Notes under the pieces: model-generated | Database searches by the model: none | Told to the model about the DNA's origin: nothing | What the model saw: the letters and a program-made list of their open reading frames with translations, nothing else | Part shown: positions 1 through 10,439 of the stretch, one piece after another | Position numbering within the stretch: the stretch's first letter is position 1 | Layout of the letters: the number at the start of each line of letters is the position of its first letter | Made by a program: the position numbers and the translations under genes | From: an uncultured delta proteobacterium | GTDB taxonomy: Bacteria; Desulfobacterota; Desulfomonilia; UBA1062 | Direction: 5' to 3' | Assembly: GCA_963798485.1 (NCBI GenBank) | Contig: CAWCTR010000030.1 | Span: 160,001-224,000 of the forward strand | Length of the DNA stretch: 64,000 bases

Positions 1-1058
1 TTCTTGTTCGCCCCTGGGAGAGTGATAATCTGTTCACAAGAGTGATAGAAGACGCTGAATATTCTGTTTCGAGAATTCCAGTTGCCGTAAAACAGCGCCA
101 TGAGGGGGTAGATTATTTCAGGGTTGCACGTTGCATCCTGTATCTGTATCGGATTGTGCGGGAAGGTAAATTCCATCTGGTGCACACTCATGGTTATTTT
201 GCTGATATTATTGCCATGCCTGTTTGCAAGCTTCTGGGAATTCCACAAATATCAACATGTCACGGTTTCATCTCCAACGACTCAACTCTGAAATTGTATA
301 ACTTGTTAGACAAGATCATACTCCGGTTCTGTAAGAAGATAATTGCCGTCTCTTCAGAGATAATGAACGATCTGGTAAGAAGCAGGATAAAAGAATCACG
401 CATTGTTGTGATCCAGAATGCGGTTCAGATTCCCTATGGGAATAAAGAATTCGAAGATCACAGAATCAATAAAAGGCAACAACTCTTGATAGATAGCGAT
501 ATCTTTGTGGTAGGATATGTCGGCCGATTAAGCGAGGAGAAGGGTGTCCGTTATCTGATTGAATCTGTTTCGTTACTGAAAGAAGACGGGGTATCATTCA
601 AGCTCATCATACTTGGCGATGGTCCGAAGAGAAATGAATTAGAAACCCTCACTAAGTTGCAAGGGGTTGATAAATATATTGAGTTCTTAGGGTTTCAGAG
701 TGACATCGAAGAGTGGCTACCTGCCCTGGATGTTTTAGTTTTACCCTCCTTGTCCGAAGGGACCCCCATGGCTTTGCTCGAGGCAATGTCCGTGGGCATA
801 CCCATTATTGCCACTGCAGTGGGAGGGGTGCCGGGGGTTGTCTCTGATGGCGTGAACGGGTTTCTGGTTGAACCTGGAGACGTGTACGGGTTGAAAGAAA
901 AAATGCTGACATTGTTTGAGAACAGTGAATTAAGAAACAAGCTGTCAGCGGGTGCCATCAAAACTGTTGAAGAAAAGTTCAATGCTTATGACTGGTGTAG
1001 AAAAATTGAACAGCAATATAATCTCCTTTTCCAGGGAAAGGCACCATCATGTGGTTGA
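1..1058 (+). CDS. Glycosyltransferase family 4 (GT-B), 5' end outside the window
   Basis: Frame is open from base 3. Motifs VGRLSEEKG and PSLSEGTPMALLEAM...ATAVGG are typical of GT4. Confidence 0.9.
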   Translation, partial: LVRPWESDNLFTRVIEDAEYSVSRIPVAVKQRHEGVDYFRVARCILYLYRIVREGKFHLVHTHGYFADIIAMPVCKLLGIPQISTCHGFISNDSTLKLYNLLDKIILRFCKKIIAVSSEIMNDLVRSRIKESRIVVIQNAVQIPYGNKEFEDHRINKRQQLLIDSDIFVVGYVGRLSEEKGVRYLIESVSLLKEDGVSFKLIILGDGPKRNELETLTKLQGVDKYIEFLGFQSDIEEWLPALDVLVLPSLSEGTPMALLEAMSVGIPIIATAVGGVPGVVSDGVNGFLVEPGDVYGLKEKMLTLFENSELRNKLSAGAIKTVEEKFNAYDWCRKIEQQYNLLFQGKAPSCG

Positions 1059-2275
1059 TGCCCGTGTATGTGACCGTTATAATGCTTTTGATCTATTTGG
1101 CTTTATCGACAATTTATCAGCTGGTTCTGGCTGCAGTCTATTTTGTTGTCCCTGAAAGAAAACAGCTTCAACCGGATAAGCATAATCGATTTGCCATACT
1201 GGTGCCTGCTCATAATGAAGAGCTGCTCATTTCCCGTTTGTGCGAGAGCCTCTTGGGAATTCGGTATCCCCGGGATAAGTTCGTCATATATATCATTGCA
1301 GATAATTGCACCGATGAGACGGCTTTGATATCGGGCCGTTATTCAGTAAGATTGCTGACACGCAACGATACATCGCATACAGGAAAAGGGCATGCCATCA
1401 ACTGGGCGCTCGGGTTGGTTCCGTTGGGAGATTTCGAGGCTGTATTAATTGTGGATGCTGATAACATTGTTGATCCGAATATTCTCGATGAGCTTAATAT
1501 CAAGATAGACAGCGGTGAGCAGGCCATCCAATGCAATAATGCAGTCGGCAACCGTGGAGACAGCTGGTTTACCCAGCTCCTTTTTGTTTCGCGCACAGTG
1601 GGTAACCTCCTGTATCACCATTCTAAATATAAATTGGGCCTTTCATCCTACTTGATGGGTAATGGTATCTGCTTTTCAACCAAGCTCTTGGCGAGAAAAC
1701 AATGGACAGCATTCTCAGTGGGTGAGGATTGGGAATACTACGCGCAATTGATCCAGGATCGAATCAAGATAGGGTACGCCGTCAAAGCCAAGGTGTTTCA
1801 TCAGGAATCCCGCTCATTGAAACAGGCGACGACACAGAGACTGCGATGGTCGAGCGGCAGATTCCAGGTGTTAAGGGAATATGGTATCAGCCTTTTCAAG
1901 GATGGAATAACAAAACGTGATTTGTTTACGTTAGATGCGTCTCTACCCCTGATTTTCCCAAACTATTCTCTGCAGATCAATCTCACTATCATTTACCTGA
2001 TCCTTTCTGTCATATTCACTGCGTCATATTTTCGGCGAGTACTTCTAGCTATAGGGTTATTCCTGGTAATAGGCCAGATTACATTATTTATGGCCGGGAT
2101 ATACCTATCTAAGTCTTATAAAGAGATATTCAAAGCGATTCTTCATGCCCCATTTTTTCTGATATGGAAGGCCGTCATCGATCTTTTAAGTTTTACGGGT
2201 ACTTACCGGGAGAGAAAATGGATTCGTACACAAAGGCATATTTCCAATGATAAACTAGGATCGAAAAACAACTGA
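1049..2275 (+). CDS. Glycosyltransferase family 2, membrane-bound (cellulose-synthase-like fold)
   Basis: PAHNEE, DNCTD, DAD, GED and QRLRW (QxxRW) motifs; N- and C-terminal hydrophobic helices. Confidence 0.9.
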   Translation: MWLMPVYVTVIMLLIYLALSTIYQLVLAAVYFVVPERKQLQPDKHNRFAILVPAHNEELLISRLCESLLGIRYPRDKFVIYIIADNCTDETALISGRYSVRLLTRNDTSHTGKGHAINWALGLVPLGDFEAVLIVDADNIVDPNILDELNIKIDSGEQAIQCNNAVGNRGDSWFTQLLFVSRTVGNLLYHHSKYKLGLSSYLMGNGICFSTKLLARKQWTAFSVGEDWEYYAQLIQDRIKIGYAVKAKVFHQESRSLKQATTQRLRWSSGRFQVLREYGISLFKDGITKRDLFTLDASLPLIFPNYSLQINLTIIYLILSVIFTASYFRRVLLAIGLFLVIGQITLFMAGIYLSKSYKEIFKAILHAPFFLIWKAVIDLLSFTGTYRERKWIRTQRHISNDKLGSKNN

Positions 2276-2280
2276 ATGCC

Positions 2281-2835
2281 ATGAAATTTAATGTGAAGGA
2301 AATCAAGAGAACTGTTTATTGGATACTTTATTATGTCTTTGCAAGACATCTCCCAAGTAATTATGCACCGTATGCTTTTGGAGCTAAAAAGCTGAGGGCA
2401 TTTCTTTGCAGGCCACTTTTTCAATATTTCGGAAAGAATGTAGATATAGGGCCCAAAGTTGAATTTTTTAATGTCCGTAAATCTGAGATCGGAGATAATT
2501 CCGGCATCGGAGCCTATTCTTCAATTGGGACTATAATAATTGGTAATCATGTAATGATGGGAACACATTGTCTTATCTTAAGCCAAAACCATCACTTCGA
2601 TGATCTCACTGTGCCAATGTCTCAGCAGGGTTTCCAGGAAGACAGGCCAGTCGTGATTGAAGACGACGTCTGGATAGGCAGCAGAGTGATCATACTGCCC
2701 GGTGTTAGAATCGGACATGGTTCGGTCATAGGCGCCGGGGCGGTTGTTACTAAAAGTGTTGAACCATATACGATCGTCGGTGGCAATCCTGCCAAGGTAA
2801 TAGGACACAGAAATGGCGTATGTGAAGAAGATTAA
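2281..2835 (+). CDS. Left-handed beta-helix O-acetyltransferase (maltose/galactoside acetyltransferase-like)
   Basis: Hexapeptide repeats VVIEDDVWIGSRVIILPGVRIGHGSVIGAGAVVTK and terminal GGNPAKVI. Confidence 0.88.
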   Translation: MKFNVKEIKRTVYWILYYVFARHLPSNYAPYAFGAKKLRAFLCRPLFQYFGKNVDIGPKVEFFNVRKSEIGDNSGIGAYSSIGTIIIGNHVMMGTHCLILSQNHHFDDLTVPMSQQGFQEDRPVVIEDDVWIGSRVIILPGVRIGHGSVIGAGAVVTKSVEPYTIVGGNPAKVIGHRNGVCEED

Positions 2836-3947
2836 TCTTCTTTTTGTGTTGATCCAAGTAGCCATGGGAGGCACTGAAAGAATAGTGCTTGACTTGGTAC
2901 GAAAGATCGACCGGACTCGGTTTAATATATTTATGGCCTATTTCAATGATGGAGCTATGAAAAAGGCTTTTGAAGAGGTATGCCAAGGGATCTACAGAAT
3001 TCCAAAGAGGAATGGTCTTGATCCTTTTGCTATGCAAAGAATCTCAAGCATAATTAAAGAAAATCATATCGATGTAATCAATGCGCATCATTATCATGCC
3101 GTTCTTCTATAGTTTCCCTGGGAGTAGAATTCTGCACAGGAAGAAATTGATTTATACCGAACATTCTGTGCTCGAGGTAGAAACAATTTTATCAAGTAAG
3201 CACAGAAAAGTACTCTCATTAATGATGCCACACACAAATATTGTGATGGGTATATCAAGAGAAATAGGGGAGACTTTCAAGAATGCTTATCCAAAGTATT
3301 CGGATAAGATTCGAGTCATAGTTAACGGGGTGGATGTTGATCGATTCAATATTTCAGTTGATCGCGACAAGTTGAGGTCTGACTGGGGAATTTCACCAGC
3401 CCACTTTGTCATTGAAACCGTTGCTAATTTTCGAAGGGTAAAGAATCACGTCTGTCTCATAAGGGCACTTAAACAGTTGAGCGCCACCTATCCCCAAGTC
3501 CGAGTTTTACTTGTCGGGCAAGGATTTCCCCAAGATGATGAGAATTCAGAGGGGCAGGTGAGAGACCTCATCAAAATGTATGGCCTTCAGGGGAAAGTTA
3601 TCTTTACAGGGTTCCAGAATGATATACCCAGTATGCTGAAGATATCAGATGTGTTTTGCCTGCCGTCATTTTCTGAAGGACTTCCCGTGGGTGTCCTGGA
3701 GGCAATGGCGGCAAAAATACCTGTTGTTGGAAGTGATGTTAAGGGGATAAACGAAATCGTTCTTCAAGAAAACACAGGGCTTCTCTTTTCTTCTGATGAC
3801 GAGAATGCCCTTGCTCATGCCCTCGAACGTTTGATCAAAGATACAACTCTTAGAGATCTAATATCCAGTAATGCATATGAGTATGTTTGTAAAGAGCATG
3901 GGTTATTACAGTGGGTTGCAGCATATGAATGTTTATTTGAAATTTAA
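2813..3947 (+). CDS. Glycosyltransferase family 4, split by a +1 frameshift near 3095
   Basis: ORF 2813-3112 carries the N-terminal GGTER motif; ORF 3081-3947 carries PSFSEGLPVGVLEAM. Removing one base at ~3095 gives continuous INAHHYMPFFYS. Confidence 0.8.
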
Positions 3948-4334
3948 TAAAAGTTGATAGATAAGAACCATTTGAGATGTAGCATAGTTCATAGGAGATT
4001 GTGGTTTTCATGATTACATTATCGAATGTGAAGGAACAAAATTGTTTCTTCGCATAAGAGGATAAATTGTATAATATACTTTGTTAAAGCCTCCCCATAT
4101 TCTTATCCTTGAATTATCATCAGAGAACAAGATAAAAACTAGCAAGGCTTTCTTGAGATAATATATTATTAATGGAAATAATTAAACATATCTTGATTCT
4201 CGGTTATATAAGTATATAAGAGCATTAGGATTGATTTTAAGTTAATTATTATCATATGTTTTTAGAACACCATATCACCTGGACTTCACGGTACTCTAAA
4301 TTAATCAGCTTAAGTTGGTGTGTGAATTAATATA

Positions 4335-4350
4335 TGGCATGATCGTTGCT
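4335..4350 (+). promoter_or_regulatory. Sigma-54 (-24/-12) promoter
   Basis: TGGCATGATCGTTGCT matches TGGCA-N6-TTGCW with exact GG-N10-GC spacing, in an AT-rich intergenic region ~45 bp before the ATG at 4394. Confidence 0.75.
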
Positions 4351-4393
4351 TGATAAATAATTGATTAATACATATCACCTGAGGAGAAATAAA

Positions 4394-6955
4394 ATGAGAC
4401 AACCAAACAAATATATGATTGGAGCTATTGTTTTATGTCTTAGTTTATTAATACTTACATGCGAAACCAAGGCAGATCAAGACCCCCCTTTCTCTTCAAC
4501 ATTTAATTGCACTGCAGCAAACGTAGTCAGTGGTTGGGGTGGGTGCGATCAATATACATATTGGGGACCATCAGCAGGAACTACAAGTCACACCCAAATT
4601 ACAAGTTCTGCCAATAATCCCCTTGGGAGTGGGAATGGTCTTAGGACATGGATAAATTGTGATGGGGCTGGAACTGTTAATTTTTCAGAAACCATAGTCC
4701 ACGGATTCGTTAATTATCAGAAAGAACTATGGATCAGATTTTATATAAGATTTCAAACCGGAATCGTTGCATCGAACCTAGAATACAATAAACTATTCTA
4801 TATCTACCCCAATGATACCGCCAGATCCGCCGGTATTGCTTGCATCCCCGAATTATATAATCCTGATCAATTCACTATCAATGCTCAAGCAACCAGTAAT
4901 CCTTTGCAGGCATTAGGAGACAACTGCGGATTTTCCACAATGAATGGTGGAACGACAGGAAACAATAGTTGGCACTGTATAGAAATACATATAAAAATGG
5001 ACACGAACGCAACCAGCGCCAGTTCTACCGGGAATGGCATAGCTCAAATGTGGTTGGATGGTGTTCTGAAAATTAATAATACATCCATGAATTTTTCCTG
5101 CGGCAATTCTAATGCAAAGTTAGGCTGGCTCTATTATCAAATCCCCAACAATGCTAATACTGGTGCATACAATACCAGCGGCAGTGATATGTATTTGGAT
5201 TGGGATGATATAGCTGTCAGTAATACTGGGTATATAGGTCCTCTTGGTACAGTTGCACCACCCACACAATCTTCTCCTGTCGCAAATTTCTCAGCAACAC
5301 CACTGAGTGGCACCGCTCCTCTCACAGTGTCCTTTACCGATACAAGTACCAATTCCCCCACATCATGGGCATGGGATTTCGATAATAATGGGACCACTGA
5401 TAGCACATCACAAAATCCCACATATCAATACACCTCAGTTGGGACATACTCGGTAAAACTAACTGCTACGAACGCTTCGGGTTCCAATAGTATAACCCAA
5501 ACTGGATATATCACCGTACTACCAGCTACACCTGTCGCGAGTTTCTCAGCGACTCCCCTTAGTGGTACCGCTCCCCTTACAGTGTCCTTTACCGATACAA
5601 GTACCAATTCCCCTACATCATGGGCATGGGATTTCGATAATAATGGGACCACTGATAGCACATCACAAAATCCCACGTATCAATACACCTCGGCTGGGAC
5701 ATACTCGGTAAAACTAACTGCTACGAACGCTTCGGGTTCCAATAGTATAACCCAAACTGGATATATCACCGTACTACCAGCTACACCTATCGCAAGTTTC
5801 TCAGCGACTCCCCTTAGTGGTACCGCTCCCCTTACAGTGTCCTTTACCGATACAAGTACCAATTCCCCTACATCATGGGCATGGGATTTCGATAATAATG
5901 GGACTACTGATAGCACATCACGAAATCCCACATATCAATACACCTCGGCTGGGACATATTCGGTAAAACTGACTGCTACGAATGCTTCGGGTTCCAATAG
6001 TATAACCCAAACTGGATATATCACCGTGAATGATAGTAGTAGTTCTGGAAGCTCGAGTTCAGGCACCACGCTCTTTACTGAGTCATTTGATGATAGCAAT
6101 TTTAGTGCAAGAGGCTGGTACGATAATACGGCACAAGTGATATCCACGGATGAGCACTATGAGGGAAACTCCTCCCTCCAATGGGCCTGGGCAGCCGGTG
6201 ATATCACCCCGGCCGGTGGAGCTAGCATGCGAAAGTCGTTCACACCTTCTGATTCCGTTTATGTGAGTTATTGGGTAAAACACAGCAGCAATTGGGTAGG
6301 GTCAGGTATAGCTACTCATCCCCACCTATTTTACATCCTTACAGATACATCAACTGCATATAACCAGCTAGCATGGACTGAAACCACAGCTTATATTGAG
6401 GAAAATAGTGGGGTTCCAAGGTTAGCATTGCAGGATGGCCAGAATGTGAATACATCGGGTACCCTCCCAGACAATTTGTGTTCAACTACCGAGAACAGGG
6501 CTGTAGATGGTTGCAATGGAAGTTGTGATAGTTATCCTGCAGGATCTTGTTATGCACAAGGTAGCGGGTATATGAATGGTCGCTATTTTGATGCTTCGGG
6601 TGTATACTTCTCTGATACGGCAGGGTCATATTACAAGGGTGACTGGCATCATGTTGAGGCCTATTACCAGATGAACACCATTGTAGGCGGCGTAGGTCAA
6701 GCCAACGGAGTTGTGAGGTATTGGTATGATGGAACGCTCATTATTGATCATGCGGATGTCCTTATCAGGACCAACCAGAATGCTAACATGAAGTTCAATC
6801 AATTTGTGATGGGCCCCTACATGGGGGTTGCTTCACCGGTTGCACAGACCATGTGGATTGATAGCCTCACCGTTTCTACAGCAAGGCCAAGTGGGTCTGC
6901 AGATACGACTTTGCCGCCTACACCTTCAGGTGTACAGGTCAAAATAGTAAATTAA
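4394..6955 (+). CDS. Secreted protein with three PKD domains between two beta-sandwich/polysaccharide-lyase-like domains
   Basis: RBS GAGGAG at 4381 and ATG at 4394; signal-peptide-like N-terminus; three PVAxFSATPLSGTAPLTVSFTDTS...WAWDFDNNG...NPTYQY..GTYSVKLT PKD units; both flanking domains contain WHxxE...NG...WxDG. Confidence 0.8.
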   Translation: MRQPNKYMIGAIVLCLSLLILTCETKADQDPPFSSTFNCTAANVVSGWGGCDQYTYWGPSAGTTSHTQITSSANNPLGSGNGLRTWINCDGAGTVNFSETIVHGFVNYQKELWIRFYIRFQTGIVASNLEYNKLFYIYPNDTARSAGIACIPELYNPDQFTINAQATSNPLQALGDNCGFSTMNGGTTGNNSWHCIEIHIKMDTNATSASSTGNGIAQMWLDGVLKINNTSMNFSCGNSNAKLGWLYYQIPNNANTGAYNTSGSDMYLDWDDIAVSNTGYIGPLGTVAPPTQSSPVANFSATPLSGTAPLTVSFTDTSTNSPTSWAWDFDNNGTTDSTSQNPTYQYTSVGTYSVKLTATNASGSNSITQTGYITVLPATPVASFSATPLSGTAPLTVSFTDTSTNSPTSWAWDFDNNGTTDSTSQNPTYQYTSAGTYSVKLTATNASGSNSITQTGYITVLPATPIASFSATPLSGTAPLTVSFTDTSTNSPTSWAWDFDNNGTTDSTSRNPTYQYTSAGTYSVKLTATNASGSNSITQTGYITVNDSSSSGSSSSGTTLFTESFDDSNFSARGWYDNTAQVISTDEHYEGNSSLQWAWAAGDITPAGGASMRKSFTPSDSVYVSYWVKHSSNWVGSGIATHPHLFYILTDTSTAYNQLAWTETTAYIEENSGVPRLALQDGQNVNTSGTLPDNLCSTTENRAVDGCNGSCDSYPAGSCYAQGSGYMNGRYFDASGVYFSDTAGSYYKGDWHHVEAYYQMNTIVGGVGQANGVVRYWYDGTLIIDHADVLIRTNQNANMKFNQFVMGPYMGVASPVAQTMWIDSLTVSTARPSGSADTTLPPTPSGVQVKIVN
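5276..6030 (+). repeat. Three near-identical 255-bp tandem repeats encoding PKD domains
   Basis: Units start at ~5276, 5531 and 5786 (cctgtcgc/cctatcgc...tttctcagc) and differ at few positions. Confidence 0.95.
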
Positions 6956-6968
6956 GATGATGAGTTAT

Positions 6969-7010
6969 AGAGAACTCTCCGTACTCAAGTATGGGGAGTT
7001 CTCTTTCTCT
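6969..7010 (+). terminator. Rho-independent terminator
   Basis: AGAGAACTCTCCGTAC / GTATGGGGAGTTCTCT hairpin followed by TTCTCT, just after the stop at 6955. Confidence 0.65.
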
Positions 7011-7225
7011 ATTATGATTATAATCTAAAAAAATAATCGAATTATACAACCTTATTATTGTGATGATTTCTTCTTGATATCCTTAGGTTCCATGTCTTTT
7101 AGATAAGAAGATTTTGCGGTACCTTTTTTTATCCAATACATAAGATTTACCCATCGAATTCATTGGTGGTTTTCCCTTTTAAACCTGGACGAACAATTAC
7201 AGCGGTTATGTAAAGGTAGCTCTCA

Positions 7226-8311
7226 ATGCGGCAGAATGGTTTCACAACCAATAATTTTGATATGATACGGTTATTTGCCGCATTTCAGGTGGCTTTACAT
7301 CATTCTGCTCAACACTTAAAAGTTGATCACTTGGATTGGTTTTTATTCAATTTCACTGTCCTCTTTCCCGGTGTCCCAATCTTTTTCTTCATCAGCGGTT
7401 TCCTGATCAGCAAATCATATGAAAACAGCTTAAATATAATCAATTATGCACAAAACAGAATATTGCGTATATATCCTGGTCTCATTGTTTGTGTATCGGT
7501 ATCGATTCTATCCGTCTGGCTGCTGGGTTATTTCAAGACAACAGATGCGAGTCTAATGGATGTGTTAGTATGGCTTCTGGCTCAGATATCTATCGTCCAG
7601 TGTTATAATCCTTCATTCATGCGGGCATATGGAGTAGGCACATTGGACGGAAGCCTGTGGACGATTGGGGTAGAGCTTCAGTTTTATGTTCTGGTTCCAA
7701 TCTTATATACCTTGTTCAACCTAAAAAATGGAAAAAGAAGAAATGTTTTATTGATCACGTTGATAGCCCTTTTCATGATTTTCAACAGGCTTTTCATCGG
7801 CCTTGAAGTGAGATATAGCAGCAATATTTTATATAAACTGATCGGAATCTCATTTATCCCATGGTTTTATATGTTTTTAACCGGTGTCTTTATTCAGCGG
7901 AATTATGATGTGTTAGGGAAGTACCTGGAGAATAAAGCCCATTTCACGATTATAGTATATAGCTCTCTGGCACTATTACTGTACAAGGTTTTCCATTTCT
8001 CACTTAGTAATGGCATAAGTCCTTGGATTTTCATGCTACTGGCTCCCACCATTTTCTCTATAGCATTTTCCAAAAGGGGATTAAGTACCAAGCTGCTGAA
8101 AAAAAATGATGTCTCATACGGCATTTACATATATCATATGCCTATAGTTAATGCCCTGTTATACTTGGGGATATCCAAAACAATTCAATCTTTAGCGCTG
8201 ACGCTGGTATGCACTTTTCTTATTGCTGCAATTTCATGGAGAATCATCGAGAAACCAAGCCTTATGCTGAAACAACATCCCTTGAACCCGTTACGCATGG
8301 TTAATCCATGA
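7226..8311 (+). CDS. Acyltransferase family 3 (OafA-like membrane O-acyltransferase)
   Basis: FDMIRLFAA, GVPIFFFISGFLI, RILRIYP, LWTIGVELQFY, SYGIYIYH and IEKP motifs. Confidence 0.9.
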   Translation: MRQNGFTTNNFDMIRLFAAFQVALHHSAQHLKVDHLDWFLFNFTVLFPGVPIFFFISGFLISKSYENSLNIINYAQNRILRIYPGLIVCVSVSILSVWLLGYFKTTDASLMDVLVWLLAQISIVQCYNPSFMRAYGVGTLDGSLWTIGVELQFYVLVPILYTLFNLKNGKRRNVLLITLIALFMIFNRLFIGLEVRYSSNILYKLIGISFIPWFYMFLTGVFIQRNYDVLGKYLENKAHFTIIVYSSLALLLYKVFHFSLSNGISPWIFMLLAPTIFSIAFSKRGLSTKLLKKNDVSYGIYIYHMPIVNALLYLGISKTIQSLALTLVCTFLIAAISWRIIEKPSLMLKQHPLNPLRMVNP

Positions 8312-8489
8312 GAGTGCTTGCAGTTTGATGGATGTACCATTAAGCATGAAAATTTGCAAAGTCTCTGACTTCATCACAGTCATTCACAACCCAACTGCAG
8401 GAAGCTGTGAAAACAATAGTAAAGTGAGCTTATGCTGTTAAAATATTATTTTTACATGTATATACTTGACAACTTATAAGGAGAATTAG

Positions 8490-9512
8490 TTGATCTATTC
8501 CATTCAATATTTGAGGGGTTTGGCTCGATATTAGTCTTAATTCGGCACGTGGCGTTCAAAGGAACGCAGTATGCGGGTGATCCTATGCCTTGGTATCGTA
8601 TAGGAGGGGATGCAGGAGTTGAGCTCTTTTTTATTATATCCGGCTTTATCATGTGTTTCATAACAACCGAAAAAGCTGAAAAGAAGGGCTCAATAGGGCA
8701 TTTTCTTGCGAATCGGTTTACCCGAATCCTTCCCCTCTACTGGATACTGACATTGCTTGCTTTGATAGTCTTTTTCCTCTTCCCTGATAAGGTGAACATC
8801 GGAGGGGGAGATACTAAGGTTCTTGATTCATTCCTGCTGATTCCCACAAAAGGCGTTTATCTAATCAAGAATGGCTGGACCCTCAGTTATGAGTTCTTCT
8901 TCTACTTCATATTTTCTCTGGGCATGTTTTTCCCGATAAAGGTTGGACACCTCGTCACCTCCATGATCCTGATCGCATTAACCAGCCTGAATTTCTTGGG
9001 CTACAGAGATAATATAATCCTTTCTTTCATCTCAAGTACGCTCCTGCTGGATTTCATCCTAGGGATCATTTTATTTGAGCTTTTCAAACGATTCAAAGAG
9101 GTTCCCAAGATATTTTCAGGGATTATGATATTGACTGGATCGATATTACTCATCATACTCAACCACAGATTTGACTACGGGATGCCGCTCTTAGGCATTG
9201 GTATATCCTGTTTCTTGATATGCCTTGGCTCTGTCTTTCTAGAAGAGCAGATCAGAAAGCATGAAGTGCCGTTCTTCACAATGATAGGGAATGCTTCATA
9301 TTCCCTCTACCTTTTTCATCCCTTTGCCTTAGCCGGAGGGGCATTGTTGTTGTCACATTTCGGGCTCAACCATGGCATATGGGCATGGCCCTTCCTTGTT
9401 ATTACAGCTGCCATATCCTTAATAGGAGGTATCCTTTGCTACATATTTCTTAGAGAAACCAGTTACGAAAGAAATACGTTCTCTTTTATCAAAAACATTT
9501 TATTTTAAATAA
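8490..9512 (+). CDS. Acyltransferase family 3, with apparent frameshifts near 8526 and 9452
   Basis: RBS AGGAG then TTG at 8490 gives MIYSIQYLRGLA, which shifts into ORF 8549-9508 (GVELFFIISGFIM, RFTRILP, WTLSYEF, SYSLYLFH). The conserved EKP end lies in another frame from 9453 to a stop at 9512. Confidence 0.78.
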
Positions 9513-9559
9513 TCCTGAACTATTCCATAATCTCATCATAGGAATAAAAAGCATAAATA

Positions 9560-10310
9560 GGCATGTATCGTCTACGTGGGTACAGTATGCACTTATATCG
9601 TTAGCATTTGTAACAAGTATATTTTTATTATTGTTTACTTTGTGGACATGCCCATAAAGGGATCAATGAAATGGATCTCCTTAAACTAAAGTTGCGAGTT
9701 ATTCTCATGAACAAGCTGACAGCATCAAGGGACTACTCATATTTTCCAGAGTCGGGAAGTGATGGAGGTGAAAGGAAGGTACTGTATGTACTGGGTGGAA
9801 ATCAGGTTAATCTAAAATTGAAATTTACTGCGGCAGCAAGCTTTATCACAAAGGAATAGTTAAAAAAATAATTGTACTTTCTGTTCCTGGTATCACTGAA
9901 TATGACCAGAGATATCCAAAGGAATTTGACGAATGATGAGTGGTCAACTAAAAGATTATCCAATCTGGGAATATGGAAGGATGACGTGGAATTCATTCAT
10001 GTTAAGGATGGTTTTTTCGGGACTCTATCTGAAGCGAGGACATTCCAGTAAGATACTTTTGAGAAGAGGGATAAAGGAACTTTTACTCGTTTGCTCCTCA
10101 TATCATGGGAGGAGAGTGGGAATTGCATTTTCGACGTATTTGAAAGATGACGGCGTGAAATTGAAGATTTTTCCGGTAGATGAAAAGGTCCCCCTGATTT
10201 ATCTCTTGGTAGAATATATGAAATTGATCTTGTATGAGAATTTTCTAATTCCTTTAGAAGTACATACTGACGATACACATGGAGAGAAGGTAGCAATACA
10301 AAAAGGATAA
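9560..10310 (+). pseudogene. YdcF/DUF218 (ElyC/SanA-like) family gene broken by several frameshifts
   Basis: Pieces in successive frames: an N-terminal hydrophobic helix, VLYVLGG, LYHKGIVKKIIVLS, GFFGTLSEA and LLLVCSSYHGRRV. These match the DUF218 pattern VLGG...T.xEA...VtS.yH.rR. Confidence 0.6.
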
Positions 10311-10439
10311 AGAGTCTGTTGGAAGTATAAACGGCCATACGATAGTGAAAGAGATTGAATGGCAGGGATTGGCCGGATGTCAGTGTGAAATAAGGTCTAT
10401 TTCTTAAAAATGATAATCCAGGAAAGATGGAGGTAGTCC

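Noticed and set aside
5276-6030. 255-bp repeats as a CRISPR array or DGR template/variable repeats
   Set aside because: They are contiguous in-frame PKD domains with no spacers, no adenine-specific variation and no reverse transcriptase or cas gene in the window.
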